Assembly: GCA_041498975.1 (NCBI GenBank)
Contig: JBGQJI010000028.1
Span: 1-24,722, forward strand
DNA: 24,722 nt
Source: Candidatus Methylomirabilis sp.
Lineage (GTDB): Bacteria; Methylomirabilota; Methylomirabilia; Methylomirabilales; Methylomirabilaceae
Direction: 5' to 3'
This document shows, in pieces, positions 8,484 to 18,484 of the stretch. Below the pieces are notes generated by a model. It ran no database searches, had not been told where the DNA came from, and saw only the letters and a program-made list of their open reading frames with translations. The translations under genes were made by a program, and so were the position numbers. Each line of letters opens with the position of its first letter. The first letter of the stretch is position 1.

Positions 8484-8519
8484 GGGCACCAGAGGAGGTT
8501 CACAGGGACGGAAAGGGGC

Positions 8520-9884
8520 ATGGAAAGCCAACTGACCTTTCATCTCAGTGTGCTTGAGGGAGATCACAGAAGCCAACCCACGCCTTCGCGCGAGTTCCGC
8601 GACCCGGCCTTCATGGAGAACCGATCCGCTCCAGTCCACCGGTGGGTCCCTTGGATCGCGGGATTCTCGGCGCAGTTTGTGGAGGATGTCTTCCACGAAT
8701 GTCTCTCGGCCAGGGTTTCACATCGTCCGCTCGTGTTAGATCCGTTCGCAGGTGTCGGCACGACGTTAGTGCAGGCCATGCTCCACGGCTACCATGGCGT
8801 AGGCTTCGAGGTTAACCCCTATGCAGCCCTGGCTGCGCGGACCAAGCTCACGGCCGCTTCGATTGATCTGAAGGCGCTCGACGCCTTGATACACCGGGTC
8901 GAGCGTGTCCCTGCAAAGGGGAACGGTCAACAGACTTCGGAGCAGTACAGACCACGAGGATTCCGCTCGCGCATCCCGTTCTTCAGCCCGCAGATCGAAC
9001 CTCAGGTCCTCGCCCTGCTCGAGCTACTTTACACGATTCCACAGCGAGACCTCGCCGACTTGACCAAGATGGCTTTCGGGGCTGTTATGGTCCAGGTCTC
9101 GAACTATACGTACGAGCCGAGCCTAGGCTCCCGCCCGGGCGCCGGCAAGCCATTGCTCGACTTTGCCGACGTGCCCTCGGTCCTTGCGGCAAAGCTCCGA
9201 CAAATCCGGGGGGATGTCGTATGGCTGCAGGAGCGGTTGTCACGAATGCCAACCGGGCTGAAACGGGAAATCCACTGCGATGATTTCCTTGCCCCGGGCA
9301 CCCAGGTAAAAAGTGGGTCCGTAGACTTGGTCCTCACCTCGCCCCCGTACATGAACAACTATCACTATGTTCGCAACACGCGGCCCCAACTCTTCTGGCT
9401 CTCGCTCCTCACCCAACCCGACGATCTCCGGCAACTTGAGCAACGCAATTTCGGGAAATATTGGCAGACGGTTCGAGGCGCTGACCCGATCCGCCTCCAG
9501 TGTACGCATTCCTCGCTGGCGCAGACGCTGAAAACACTTCGGAGCACTCGTGCCGCGCTTGGCGCCTATGGCGGCCCAGGGTGGGCAAACTATGTCACGT
9601 CGTACTTCAACGACTGTGATCGGTTTGTCGCTATTCTCAAGGAGGTGCTGCGTCGTCGGGGAGCAGCGGTTGTGGTCATCGGGAACTCGATCATTCAGGG
9701 CATCCACATTCCGACTGATCAGATTCTTGGAGAGCTCGCTGAGGCTCACGGATTGAGGCTCGAGAAGATCGTGGTACTTAGGGCTAAGCGCGTAGGCGCA
9801 AGTATTACCAGTTCTTCGGTTCGCCGAGGCAAGAGGAATGGCGCCGGGTTGTATGAGAGCGCGGTGGTGTTGCGCAAACGATAG
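8520..9884 (+). CDS. Site-specific DNA amino-methyltransferase, probably N4-cytosine, alpha motif order
   Basis: SAM-binding VLDPFAGVGTT precedes catalytic DLVLTSPPY; VVIGNS lies near the C-terminus. SPPY is typical of m4C enzymes. Confidence 0.9.
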   Translation: MESQLTFHLSVLEGDHRSQPTPSREFRDPAFMENRSAPVHRWVPWIAGFSAQFVEDVFHECLSARVSHRPLVLDPFAGVGTTLVQAMLHGYHGVGFEVNPYAALAARTKLTAASIDLKALDALIHRVERVPAKGNGQQTSEQYRPRGFRSRIPFFSPQIEPQVLALLELLYTIPQRDLADLTKMAFGAVMVQVSNYTYEPSLGSRPGAGKPLLDFADVPSVLAAKLRQIRGDVVWLQERLSRMPTGLKREIHCDDFLAPGTQVKSGSVDLVLTSPPYMNNYHYVRNTRPQLFWLSLLTQPDDLRQLEQRNFGKYWQTVRGADPIRLQCTHSSLAQTLKTLRSTRAALGAYGGPGWANYVTSYFNDCDRFVAILKEVLRRRGAAVVVIGNSIIQGIHIPTDQILGELAEAHGLRLEKIVVLRAKRVGASITSSSVRRGKRNGAGLYESAVVLRKR

Positions 9885-9890
9885 TCCCCG

Positions 9891-10319
9891 CTACTTGGGC
9901 GGGAACTCCTGGTCCCACTGGCTCAGCCGGGTTCCCGGCCTCCCCCGCCCCGGGACGTGACTTCCGAACCCGCTGGCGTTCCATAACGGCTTGTACGACG
10001 TGATCAGCGCATCCTCGGCGGCGCGGAAGAACTAGTCGCTCTCAATGGTCAGGAAGCGGCACGTCATCCGGCTCACTGTGATGTTCTTCCGACCGGCGAT
10101 CTTCCGGGTATGCTCAGCAAGGCGGCGTTTCAGCGTCGCATGGAGTGCTTTGCCGGCATAGACCAGCTTCCCCTTCCAGTACAAGACGCACACCCCCTTC
10201 TTTGCGGGAGCCACAGCTTCAGAAAGGGGGAGTTCAGTGCTCGCCTCGATCTTCTCGCGGACTTGCGTCCGAATGGCCCGGTCGATCTCGAATTCGAATT
10301 TGTGTGGATCTGCCATCAT
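9891..10319 (-). pseudogene. Eco29kI-like GIY-YIG restriction endonuclease with an in-frame stop
   Basis: GVCVLY..VYAGKA..LKRRLAEH..KI precedes TAG at 10034-10032. The same frame continues FFRAAEDALITSYKPLWNASGFGSHVPGRGRPGTRLSQWDQEFPPK*, which matches the E..LI...P.WN..GFG.H.PG.GR..S.WD signature of this family. Confidence 0.85.
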
Positions 10320-10395
10320 CCCCTTACATGCCTCGCTGAAGTTGTACCCTACCACACATCAGCTATGCGTTCAAACTGGGGCAGGCGTGGGGAGA

Positions 10396-10440
10396 GTGTC
10401 CTGGCATGAGAATGTCTTCATATCAGTAAGATTAGGACAC
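10396..10440. repeat. Short inverted-repeat element (possible 45-bp MITE)
   Basis: AGTGTCCT (10395-10402) and AGGACACT (10434-10441) enclose an AT-richer core. TA on the right flank, GA on the left. Confidence 0.4.
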
Positions 10441-10659
10441 TACCCAGCGCCAAATACTGACCTGGCCAGACCGGCATCCCGTGAGAGGCTCAGCGATCGA
10501 GTCTGCCGGCAGATCCAAAAGGATAGGGAATGACTAGCGTGATCTCGCTTGAAGCGGCGAGTTGAAGCTGATACGATCCGCCTTTGGGACGATCGACGAA
10601 ATGGAAGCGGTATGGGGCGATGGGCGTCGGAGGGGTGAGGCGGGTTGGAGAGAGGATCG

Positions 10660-11682
10660 ATGCAGCGAGTGTTCTACCGCCACAGTGACGGCAAAGTTGA
10701 AGAGAGCGTAGATCTCGCACGCCTCGGCGAGCTCCTCCAGGATCCACTGGCCTGCCTGTGGGTGGACCTCGAAGGGGAGTCTCCGGAGTCGCTAGAGGCG
10801 CTTGGTCGCCAGTTCTCGCTCCATCCCCTCACGGTCGAAGATTTGGTGCATAAAAACCAGCGGCCAAAGCTCGAGGAGTTCGAGGACTACATCTTCGTAG
10901 TCGTCCACGGCTTGAGGCCAAGGGAGGGTGAAGAGGTTCCTGCCGACGAGGTCGATATCGCGCTGGGGAAGAACTGGATCTTGAGCGTGCACGATGGACC
11001 GATCGATGCGATAAAGCGGGCTTACGATCAAGTAGTTACGAAGCCGAAGACTCAAGAGGCGAGCGCCAGTTTCATTCTCCATCGCATCGGCGATTTGCTA
11101 GTGGACAGTTATTTTCCCGCCCTGGACGCGCTGGAGGAAGAGATCGACGACCTCGAAGATGATGTGGTGCAACGGCCCACACAGGAGCGCCTGCATCAGA
11201 TCTTTGTCCTGAAGCGGGCGCTGGTCCACCTACGGAAACTCGTCAGCCCTCAGCGCGAGGTCTATAACGCGCTCAGTCGCCGGGACTATTCCTATATTGA
11301 CCCGAAGTCGGCGGCCTACTTCCGCGATCTCCACGATCACCTGATCCGAGCCAATGAGATCGTCGAATCATACCGCGACCTAGTCAGCAACATGTTGGAC
11401 GCCTACCTGGCGACCATCTCGAATCGGCTCAACGACGTGATGAAACGGCTTACTCTCATCGCAACGATCTTCATGCCGATCACATTCATTACAGGTTTCT
11501 TCGGCATGAACTTCGCGAGAATGCCCTACACCTGGAGCGGCTTGTTCTGGGCGACCATGGTCGCAATGGCGATCACACCCCTGGCCATGCTCATCTGGTT
11601 CATCAGGAGTGGCTGGATCGATGCAGAGGAGGCCGAACGGCATCTGCCTCGGTTCCTGTCCTGGTTATTTCCCCGTCGGTAA
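10660..11682 (+). CDS. corA: Magnesium/cobalt transporter CorA
   Basis: LWVDL, LHPLTVED..QRPKLE and NDVMKRLT..TGFFGMNF (GMN signature), with two C-terminal TM helices. Confidence 0.95.
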   Translation: MQRVFYRHSDGKVEESVDLARLGELLQDPLACLWVDLEGESPESLEALGRQFSLHPLTVEDLVHKNQRPKLEEFEDYIFVVVHGLRPREGEEVPADEVDIALGKNWILSVHDGPIDAIKRAYDQVVTKPKTQEASASFILHRIGDLLVDSYFPALDALEEEIDDLEDDVVQRPTQERLHQIFVLKRALVHLRKLVSPQREVYNALSRRDYSYIDPKSAAYFRDLHDHLIRANEIVESYRDLVSNMLDAYLATISNRLNDVMKRLTLIATIFMPITFITGFFGMNFARMPYTWSGLFWATMVAMAITPLAMLIWFIRSGWIDAEEAERHLPRFLSWLFPRR

Positions 11683-11807
11683 AGCGCCCAGCTCGAGCTC
11701 GCCATCATAACCCCGGGATTGCGGACGAACGCCACCGTATCGCAGTAGCGCGCCTATTTCCCTCCGCTTCTACAATGGCAGGGATGACCAATCGGTGGAT
11801 TGTCTGC

Positions 11808-12848
11808 TCAAGGCGTGACGGCCAGTCTCACGCGGCCGATGAGCTGTCCCTGGGCCGTAAGGACATCTACTGTCCAGCGCCCTGCCGGGTCGGCTCCCAG
11901 GTCCGATCGCTTCGAGAAGGTGCGATACCCCCCGGGTCGGCCCCCTCTGATCGGCGAAAGGGCGATCCGGGTCACGAGGCTGCCGTCCTTCCACCAGACG
12001 TGGTAGATCTGTTCGCGTAGCCCGGCGGGCGCGGTGATTGCGGTGAAACAGACCAGGCCGCCCCATGCCTGCAGGTCGGCTGCCGACACCTTCCGAACCG
12101 GTTCCACCGGCTCGAAGCGCTCGACGGATCGGGCAAACGTGGCGCCCGAGAGGTAAAGGGGCGCAGGAGGAATCCAGGATCGGACCGACCAGATGATGGA
12201 GGCTGCCAGCAATCCCACGAGGGTCGCGACCAGGACGGCGTTGCGCCAGGAAAAGGCGAAGCCTCGGCGGATGGCGGGGATCAAGGCGAGCACGCTCAGG
12301 ATGGCGCTGAAGAGGAGCGCCCAGCCGCTCCGCACCCTGACGAGCGGGAGCCCAACGTTCAGGGAGGCGAAGAGCCCGAACGCGAATAACAGATGACTTA
12401 CCCAGGGCGATTGTCGAAGGACCATCGCCCGGTACCACGGGTCAATCCCCGTGAAGAGGGTCGCCGTCAAGTGAAGGGCAAAGAACCCGAGATTGCGCGA
12501 CCCGAGGGTCGTGCTGGCATAGTAGATGGGCAGAAGGAAGAGAAGAAGCTCGTGGTGGAGGCTCTGGAGGGTGAAATCGACGGCCACCCGTATGATCCGG
12601 TGGTTTCGGGCTTCGAGCGCCTGCCTGAGATGGGCAAAGACCACCCCGCCCACCCACAAGAGCAGCACGTTGCCAAGGATCCAGGGGAAGTGCTCGGTCC
12701 CGCGTCTGAAGATGACCAGGGTGGCAATGCCCGAGAAGAGCGACAGGAGGGAAAGGCCCCACTTGGTGGCCCAGCGCACCCATCGGTAGCGCTCTGCAAG
12801 CGCCATCCACGTCTCATACCCTTTCCGATGAAGCGATGTGCTTACCAC
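11808..12848 (-). CDS. Multi-pass membrane protein with C-terminal DUF2914-like domain
   Basis: Several TM segments, then CFTAITAP.GLREQIYHVW..GGR.GGYRTFS..GRWTVDV..GQLIGR. Start uncertain (12848 or 12806). Confidence 0.8.
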   Translation of the reverse strand: MVSTSLHRKGYETWMALAERYRWVRWATKWGLSLLSLFSGIATLVIFRRGTEHFPWILGNVLLLWVGGVVFAHLRQALEARNHRIIRVAVDFTLQSLHHELLLFLLPIYYASTTLGSRNLGFFALHLTATLFTGIDPWYRAMVLRQSPWVSHLLFAFGLFASLNVGLPLVRVRSGWALLFSAILSVLALIPAIRRGFAFSWRNAVLVATLVGLLAASIIWSVRSWIPPAPLYLSGATFARSVERFEPVEPVRKVSAADLQAWGGLVCFTAITAPAGLREQIYHVWWKDGSLVTRIALSPIRGGRPGGYRTFSKRSDLGADPAGRWTVDVLTAQGQLIGRVRLAVTP

Positions 12849-13000
12849 GGTACCAGTTCAGCGAAGGACAGTTCGAATCCCCCTTGAAACAGGATGACCC
12901 TCCCGCCCCTTGCTGGCAAGAGGGCCCTCAACTCTTATCCACGTGCACGCCTGGCTAGGTAGGTTCGTGCGGCAGCGCGCCGCTGCCACCCGGGTGGGCG

Positions 13001-13636
13001 TTACAGGGCAGTCCCGCGAACCCTCCATCTCGCCCGGGCGAATTTGATAATCGCCGGGAGCAACGAAAGGAAGATGACGACCGCGATGACGAGGTGGATA
13101 TGCTGGTCGATATCCGGGACCGCCAGACCGAGGAAATAGCCGATGAACGTCATGCTCACCACCCAGCCAATCCCTCCCATGACATTGTAGAAGACGAATC
13201 GTCTGTACTCCATGCGCCCCACGCCGGCCACTAATGGAGCGAAGGTCCGGACGATAGGCATGAACCGGGCGAGGATGATGGTGATCCCACCCCACCGATC
13301 GTAGAACTCCTTCGTGCTGATGAGGTGCTTCTTGTGGAAGAGCAACGAATCATCGCGAGTGAAGATCCTGGGTCCAGTTTTGAACCCGATCATGTACCCG
13401 ACGGTATCGCCTATGATGGCGGCCAGGCTGGCAAAGATGAGCAGGCTCCACAAGTCGAGACTCCCGCTGGCTGCAAACAGCCCTGCAGTGACTAGGAGAG
13501 AATCCCCGGGGAGAAAGAAGCCGACAAAGAGACCGGTTTCCACGAACACGATGGCGATCAGAGCCATCAGGCCGCCGACGCGGACCAACGACTCCACATC
13601 GTAAATCCTATGAAACAAATCCCACAGCCATCCCAT
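13001..13636 (-). CDS. dedA: DedA family membrane protein
   Basis: FVETGLFVGFFLPGDSLL and ARFMPIVRTFAP..AG motifs; GGAGG upstream. Confidence 0.93.
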   Translation of the reverse strand: MGWLWDLFHRIYDVESLVRVGGLMALIAIVFVETGLFVGFFLPGDSLLVTAGLFAASGSLDLWSLLIFASLAAIIGDTVGYMIGFKTGPRIFTRDDSLLFHKKHLISTKEFYDRWGGITIILARFMPIVRTFAPLVAGVGRMEYRRFVFYNVMGGIGWVVSMTFIGYFLGLAVPDIDQHIHLVIAVVIFLSLLPAIIKFARARWRVRGTAL

Positions 13637-13779
13637 GGAGTCTCTCTACCTCCCTCACCATCGCCACCGCCTCCGCTGGCGATGGAGATCGATGACGGGA
13701 AACGGCCCGCGCTCGGGCCGTCTCGTGTATTCAATCAAATCCCACCGGCGATCAACGCGCGAGAGATCGACTCTCCTCT

Positions 13780-15453
13780 TCAGCCCGTGACCGCGCCCTC
13801 CGAAGCCGACCCGACCAGACAGGAATACTTTGCCATTACGCCGCTCCTGTAGCGCGGTGCGGGTGGCTTCCACTCCCGCAGTCGCCTTTTCATCTCGGCG
13901 GCCGGGATCTCCACGTCCAGCCGCCGCTTCTTGACATCGAAGACGATGATATCGCCGTTCCGAAGCCCGGCGATCGGTCCCCCCACAGCCGCCTCCGGTG
14001 CGACGTGGCCGGCCATCAGGCCGTGCGTGGCGCCCGAGAAGCGGCCGTCGGTCATCAGCGCCACCGATTCTCCGAGACCAGCCCCGACGAGGGCCGCGGT
14101 GACGCCGAGCATCTCGCGCATTCCCGGTCCGCCCTTCGGCCCCTCGTAGCGAATCACGACGACATCTCCGGCCTTGATCCTCCCGGCCTTGACCGCGGCG
14201 AAGGCATCCTCCTCTCGGTCGAAGACCCTCGCGGGCCCGCGATGCACCATCCGTTCGTGGCCCGCGACTTTGGCCACGCATCCCTCCGGTGCGAGATTAC
14301 CCCTCAAGATCACCTGGCCTCCGGTCGGCTTGAGCGGGTTGTCGAGTGGGCGAATCACCTCCTGTCCCGGTGTCTCGCGCGCGGCCCGCGCTTCCTCGCC
14401 GATGGTCTTCCCCGTGACCGTGAGCTCGTCGGCGTGAAGGAGGCCGGCGTCAAGGAGGCGCTTGGCAACCACCGGCATCCCTCCGGCCTCGTACATGTCG
14501 GGAGCCGTGAATCGTCCCCATGGCTTGAGGTCCACCAGGAGCGGGATTTTCCTCGAGATCCGGTCGAAGTCGTCGATCGACAGCTTGACGCCGGCCGTCC
14601 TGGCGACGGCGAGCAGGTGGAGCACGGCGTTGGTCGAGCCGCCCGTGGCCATGACCCCGGCGATGGCGTTCTGGAGGGCCTTGCGCGTGATGATCTGTTT
14701 CGGGGTGATCCCGCGCCGCAGGAGGTCCATCACCAGCTTCCCGCTCTCGAACGCGACCTCTTCCTTTCGCACGTCCATGGCCGGCACGCCGCTCCAGCCC
14801 ATCGGCGAGATGCCGAGCATCTCAAATGCGGTGGACATGGTGTTGGCGGTGAACTGGCCGCCGCAAGCGCCCGCCCCCGGGCAGGCGTGCTCCTCGATGG
14901 CGCGCAGTTCCTCCGCCGGCATCTTCCCGGCATTGAAGGCGCCAACCGCCTCGAAGACATCCTGGATCGTGAGGTGGCGACCTCGGTACACGCCGAATGC
15001 GATGGAGCCGCTGTACAGCATGAGACCGGGCAGGTTCAGGCGGCTCAGGGCCATGACGGTGCCGGGGATCGTCTTGTCGCAGCCGGAGATGGCGACGAGG
15101 GCATCAAATAGGTGACCGCGGGCGACCAGTTCGATCGAGTCTGCGACGACTTCGCGGCTGACCAGGGACGCCTTCATACCCTCGGTCCCCATGGCGATCC
15201 CATCGGAGATGGAGATCGTGTTGTACTCGATCGGCGTGCCTCCAGCGGCCCGGACCCCCTCCTTCACCCGCTCGGCCAGCGCCCGGTGATTGAAGTTGCA
15301 GGGCATCACCTCGATCCAGCAGTGCGCGACACCGACGAGCGGACGGGCGAGGTCCTCATCCTTGAAGCCGATCGCCTTCATCATCGCCCGCGGCCCGGCG
15401 CGGTCCGGCCCCTCGAGAAGGGTGCGGCTCTTATGCCTTAGGTCGAAAGTCAT
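13780..15453 (-). CDS. ilvD: Dihydroxy-acid dehydratase
   Basis: [68 protein letters not shown] and TDGRFSG motifs. Confidence 0.97.
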   Translation of the reverse strand: MTFDLRHKSRTLLEGPDRAGPRAMMKAIGFKDEDLARPLVGVAHCWIEVMPCNFNHRALAERVKEGVRAAGGTPIEYNTISISDGIAMGTEGMKASLVSREVVADSIELVARGHLFDALVAISGCDKTIPGTVMALSRLNLPGLMLYSGSIAFGVYRGRHLTIQDVFEAVGAFNAGKMPAEELRAIEEHACPGAGACGGQFTANTMSTAFEMLGISPMGWSGVPAMDVRKEEVAFESGKLVMDLLRRGITPKQIITRKALQNAIAGVMATGGSTNAVLHLLAVARTAGVKLSIDDFDRISRKIPLLVDLKPWGRFTAPDMYEAGGMPVVAKRLLDAGLLHADELTVTGKTIGEEARAARETPGQEVIRPLDNPLKPTGGQVILRGNLAPEGCVAKVAGHERMVHRGPARVFDREEDAFAAVKAGRIKAGDVVVIRYEGPKGGPGMREMLGVTAALVGAGLGESVALMTDGRFSGATHGLMAGHVAPEAAVGGPIAGLRNGDIIVFDVKKRRLDVEIPAAEMKRRLREWKPPAPRYRSGVMAKYSCLVGSASEGAVTG

Positions 15454-15588
15454 CGCTTCCTCCTTGGCGGATCCTGCCCCAGGGTCTTCGGAGAGGGGAT
15501 GCGTTCATTCCCGAGAGCGAAGACACCATCTCCCTCTGCGCGTGCCGCTTGGCGAACGCAGTGGCTGCCGAGATGGAATGTTACCAGG

Positions 15589-16854
15589 TCACTGACGGGT
15601 GAGGCTGACCTGAACCCCCTGCCCCAACAGGATAGGCGGCGTTTTGCGGCTGGTCGAAAGGAGGTAGAGCTTTCCCTCTTCGGTGACCACGCCGACGTAT
15701 TGCGACGAGACCGAGAATGGCCGATTCGCCACGCGGATCACCCCCGCCGAAAGATCGACCGGATTCGCTCCCAAGCTCTCCAGCGGCACCCCCCAGATCT
15801 TCTTATTCGAGGGGTTGTACCAGACCAGCATCTCCCCCGTTGAGGCGAGGTAGACTGAACCGGTATAGGTGCCCGTCCGAAGCGCTTCCAAGCCCTGTGC
15901 CTCATAGACGGCATACACCTTGTCCGGGTAGCTCAACCCCCGCACAACCCAGAACAGGTGACGTTCGGTGATCTTCTGGGCCGTCACCCCATACCCTTCG
16001 AGTGTGATCAGCCGTTCCTCGGGCCTGGCCACGAGGGTGAAGTCAAATAGATTGAAGCGCTGGACCCGCGATCCCGGGTCCCTGGCCAACTTGATGATCG
16101 GGAAGACCATTTCCGGGGGCGCCTCAACCACTGCCTTGAGCCCCGTCCCATCCAGACGCATGTGCGTGAAGGCCCGCTCCTTTGGGGTGGCCTGGACGCT
16201 GTACACGAGGGTGTTCTCAAAGATGCCCATCTTCTCGTAGGCCTGTCCAGAAATGCTTCCGGTGTTGGCCACGACCATCCGCAGTGGTCCGGTCGGAAGA
16301 TCATAACGTCGCATCTCCTTGTTCATACCGAAGAAGAGCGCGTTCTTCCCTTCGATGTTGTACCGGGCCACGGCGTCGATCGACCCGGTGATGGGGGAAA
16401 TCTTCTGCTTTCCTCCGGTCCGCAGGTCCACGAGGACCAGGACCCGCTCACCTCCGGTCTCCGAAATGTACAGGAGGTTGTCATCGTCGAGGAATTTCGG
16501 CGAGAAGCTCCTGGCGGTTGGCATCTCATCTGAGAAGTTCCGTCTGGAGCCCACGATGTTGTTGTTTTCATCCAAATCCACGACTAAGACCTGCTCCATG
16601 CCTGTCGTGGTGCCGCCGGTGACATACGCCAGTCGTTGGCCATTGGGCGAGACGGCGATGTCCGAGATCGAACCGGACAGACCCGAGACCCGCACGGGCC
16701 GGCCGCCGTCGGCGTTCTGTACCAGCACCGTCGTCGCACCCGGCCCTTCGGAGACGATATAGGCGACCTTTGACATCGTCGTGGTCGCGCACCCCGAGCT
16801 GAATAACATCCCGACAACGAGCCCGCACAGGGCGCGGCCCTTGCTGTCTCTCAT
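15589..16854 (-). CDS. Lipoprotein with TolB-like beta-propeller repeats
   Basis: Signal peptide ending LFSSG-C (lipobox-like); AVSPNGQRLAYV and FSPKFLDDDNLLYIS resemble PD40 blades. AAGGAGG RBS before ATG 16854. Confidence 0.7.
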   Translation of the reverse strand: MRDSKGRALCGLVVGMLFSSGCATTTMSKVAYIVSEGPGATTVLVQNADGGRPVRVSGLSGSISDIAVSPNGQRLAYVTGGTTTGMEQVLVVDLDENNNIVGSRRNFSDEMPTARSFSPKFLDDDNLLYISETGGERVLVLVDLRTGGKQKISPITGSIDAVARYNIEGKNALFFGMNKEMRRYDLPTGPLRMVVANTGSISGQAYEKMGIFENTLVYSVQATPKERAFTHMRLDGTGLKAVVEAPPEMVFPIIKLARDPGSRVQRFNLFDFTLVARPEERLITLEGYGVTAQKITERHLFWVVRGLSYPDKVYAVYEAQGLEALRTGTYTGSVYLASTGEMLVWYNPSNKKIWGVPLESLGANPVDLSAGVIRVANRPFSVSSQYVGVVTEEGKLYLLSTSRKTPPILLGQGVQVSLTRQ

Positions 16855-16922
16855 AGCCGACCTCCTTATCACTGCGTGAGAACCGCCCGCGTTGAAATCA
16901 GCCTCTCCTCCCCAAGCTCAGA

Positions 16923-18431
16923 TTATAAGAGAGATTCTCGTTCGGCACAAGAACGTGTTGAAGGATTCAGCGCCCCCTCGGCGGCTTCCCCCATTTGCGC
17001 CAAGGCCAGGTCGTTCAGGAGTGCGTCGGCAGCCACCTCGGCGCTGTGAATCGAGTCAGGAATCCCGATCCCGCGGAACGCATTCCCGGCGAGTTTGAGT
17101 GTTGGCCATCGGGCCAGCCCTAGCTCCAGTGCCGCCACGCGAGCCAGATGCCCAACGTGGTACTGCGGCATCGAGCGCGGATGCCGCGCCACGTGGCTCC
17201 ACAGCGGGGCGGCTCGGATGCCCAAGAGGTCGGTCAGGTCGCGGCACACCGCGGCCAATAACGTACGATCGTCCCAGCCGAACGGCTCCGGCTGCAGCGC
17301 CCCGCCCGCAAACACCCGCAACAGGACGTGGCCTGCGGGCGCCCGGTTCGCAAACTTCACGCTGCTGAATGAGCAGGCGATCATGGCGCGTCCCTCACAC
17401 GCCGGGACCACGAATCCAAACCCATCGAGCGGGTGGGGGATCTGCTCCCTCCGATAGGCCAGGTTCACCGTCAGGGACGACGCATAGGGGATCGCCTCAA
17501 GCTCCCGAGCGAGACCTCCATCGAGATCGCGCATCAGGGCGGCAGCCTGGAACGCCGGGAGACCCAGGATGACCCCGTCGGCCTCCAGGCTCGTTCCGTC
17601 CCCCAGTCGTACGGTCCAACGCTCCGCCTTTCGTGCGATCCCGGCGACCGGACAGCGAAGGCGCACTGCGCCGTCCGGCAGCCGCCCCTCCAGGGCATCG
17701 ACGAGCGTTTGGAGGCCGTCCTCCAGGGTGGCAAACAGGCTGTACCGTGCTCCGCTGTCCCCTTCTCGATCGAGAGGGACTCTCGACTGCTGGCGCCGCA
17801 TCGCACGGATGATGCTGCGATCTCGCCGTTCCATTTGCAGGAACTGCGGCATAGTGGCCATCAGGCTCAGCCGCTCCGGGTCCGCCGTGTAGATCCCGCC
17901 GACCATCGGTTGAGCCAGCCAGTCAAGGGCTTCTCGCCCGAACCGCCTGCGCACGAACGAGGCCAGGCTTTCGTCGGCCAGTGGGCGCCCCCGCGGCAGG
18001 AGCAGGTCCAGGGCGGTTCGCGCCTTGCCGCGCCACGACATCAGGTCGGACCGCAGAAACGGCCAGATCCGCGTCGGCGCAAGCAACAAAAATCCCTCCG
18101 GGACGGGATGCAGCTTTCCGCGGCGGACCACGAACGTCCGCCGGTGGCCCTCCGTGGTCCCGATCAGCCGTTCGCCCAGACCCAGACGCTTGACAAGATC
18201 CAATGCCCACGGCTTGTTGGTGATAAAGGCATCCGGTCCCGATTCCAGGATGAAGCCATCCCGACGCACCGTGCTGATCACGCCCCCCAGGCGTGGCCCT
18301 GCTTCGAGCAGGAGCAGCTCGAAGGGCAACCGTTCGGTGTGGCGCCGTTCCATCAGCCGGTGCGCGGCAGCCAGGGCGGTGATCCCGCCGCCGACCACGA
18401 TGATGCGCTGGACTGAGCGGCTCTGTTCCAT
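16923..18431 (-). CDS. hemY: HemY-type proto/coproporphyrinogen oxidase
   Basis: IIVVGGGITALAAA FAD-binding motif, LEAGPRLGGVI, ESGPDAF, GGIY, MPQYHVGH and GIGIPD. Start set to ATG 18431. Confidence 0.93.
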   Translation of the reverse strand: MEQSRSVQRIIVVGGGITALAAAHRLMERRHTERLPFELLLLEAGPRLGGVISTVRRDGFILESGPDAFITNKPWALDLVKRLGLGERLIGTTEGHRRTFVVRRGKLHPVPEGFLLLAPTRIWPFLRSDLMSWRGKARTALDLLLPRGRPLADESLASFVRRRFGREALDWLAQPMVGGIYTADPERLSLMATMPQFLQMERRDRSIIRAMRRQQSRVPLDREGDSGARYSLFATLEDGLQTLVDALEGRLPDGAVRLRCPVAGIARKAERWTVRLGDGTSLEADGVILGLPAFQAAALMRDLDGGLARELEAIPYASSLTVNLAYRREQIPHPLDGFGFVVPACEGRAMIACSFSSVKFANRAPAGHVLLRVFAGGALQPEPFGWDDRTLLAAVCRDLTDLLGIRAAPLWSHVARHPRSMPQYHVGHLARVAALELGLARWPTLKLAGNAFRGIGIPDSIHSAEVAADALLNDLALAQMGEAAEGALNPSTRSCAERESLL

Positions 18432-18484
18432 CACTTTCTTCAGACCCCTCGAACGGTCTCTGTAGGTGACCGGAAATCTGTCGC

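Noticed and set aside
10032..10034. Programmed TAG read-through or recoding in the endonuclease
   Set aside because: TAG is used as a normal stop by neighbouring genes (4051, 9884), and the gene carries a second apparent lesion (GVY to GVC). A pseudogene is the simpler reading.
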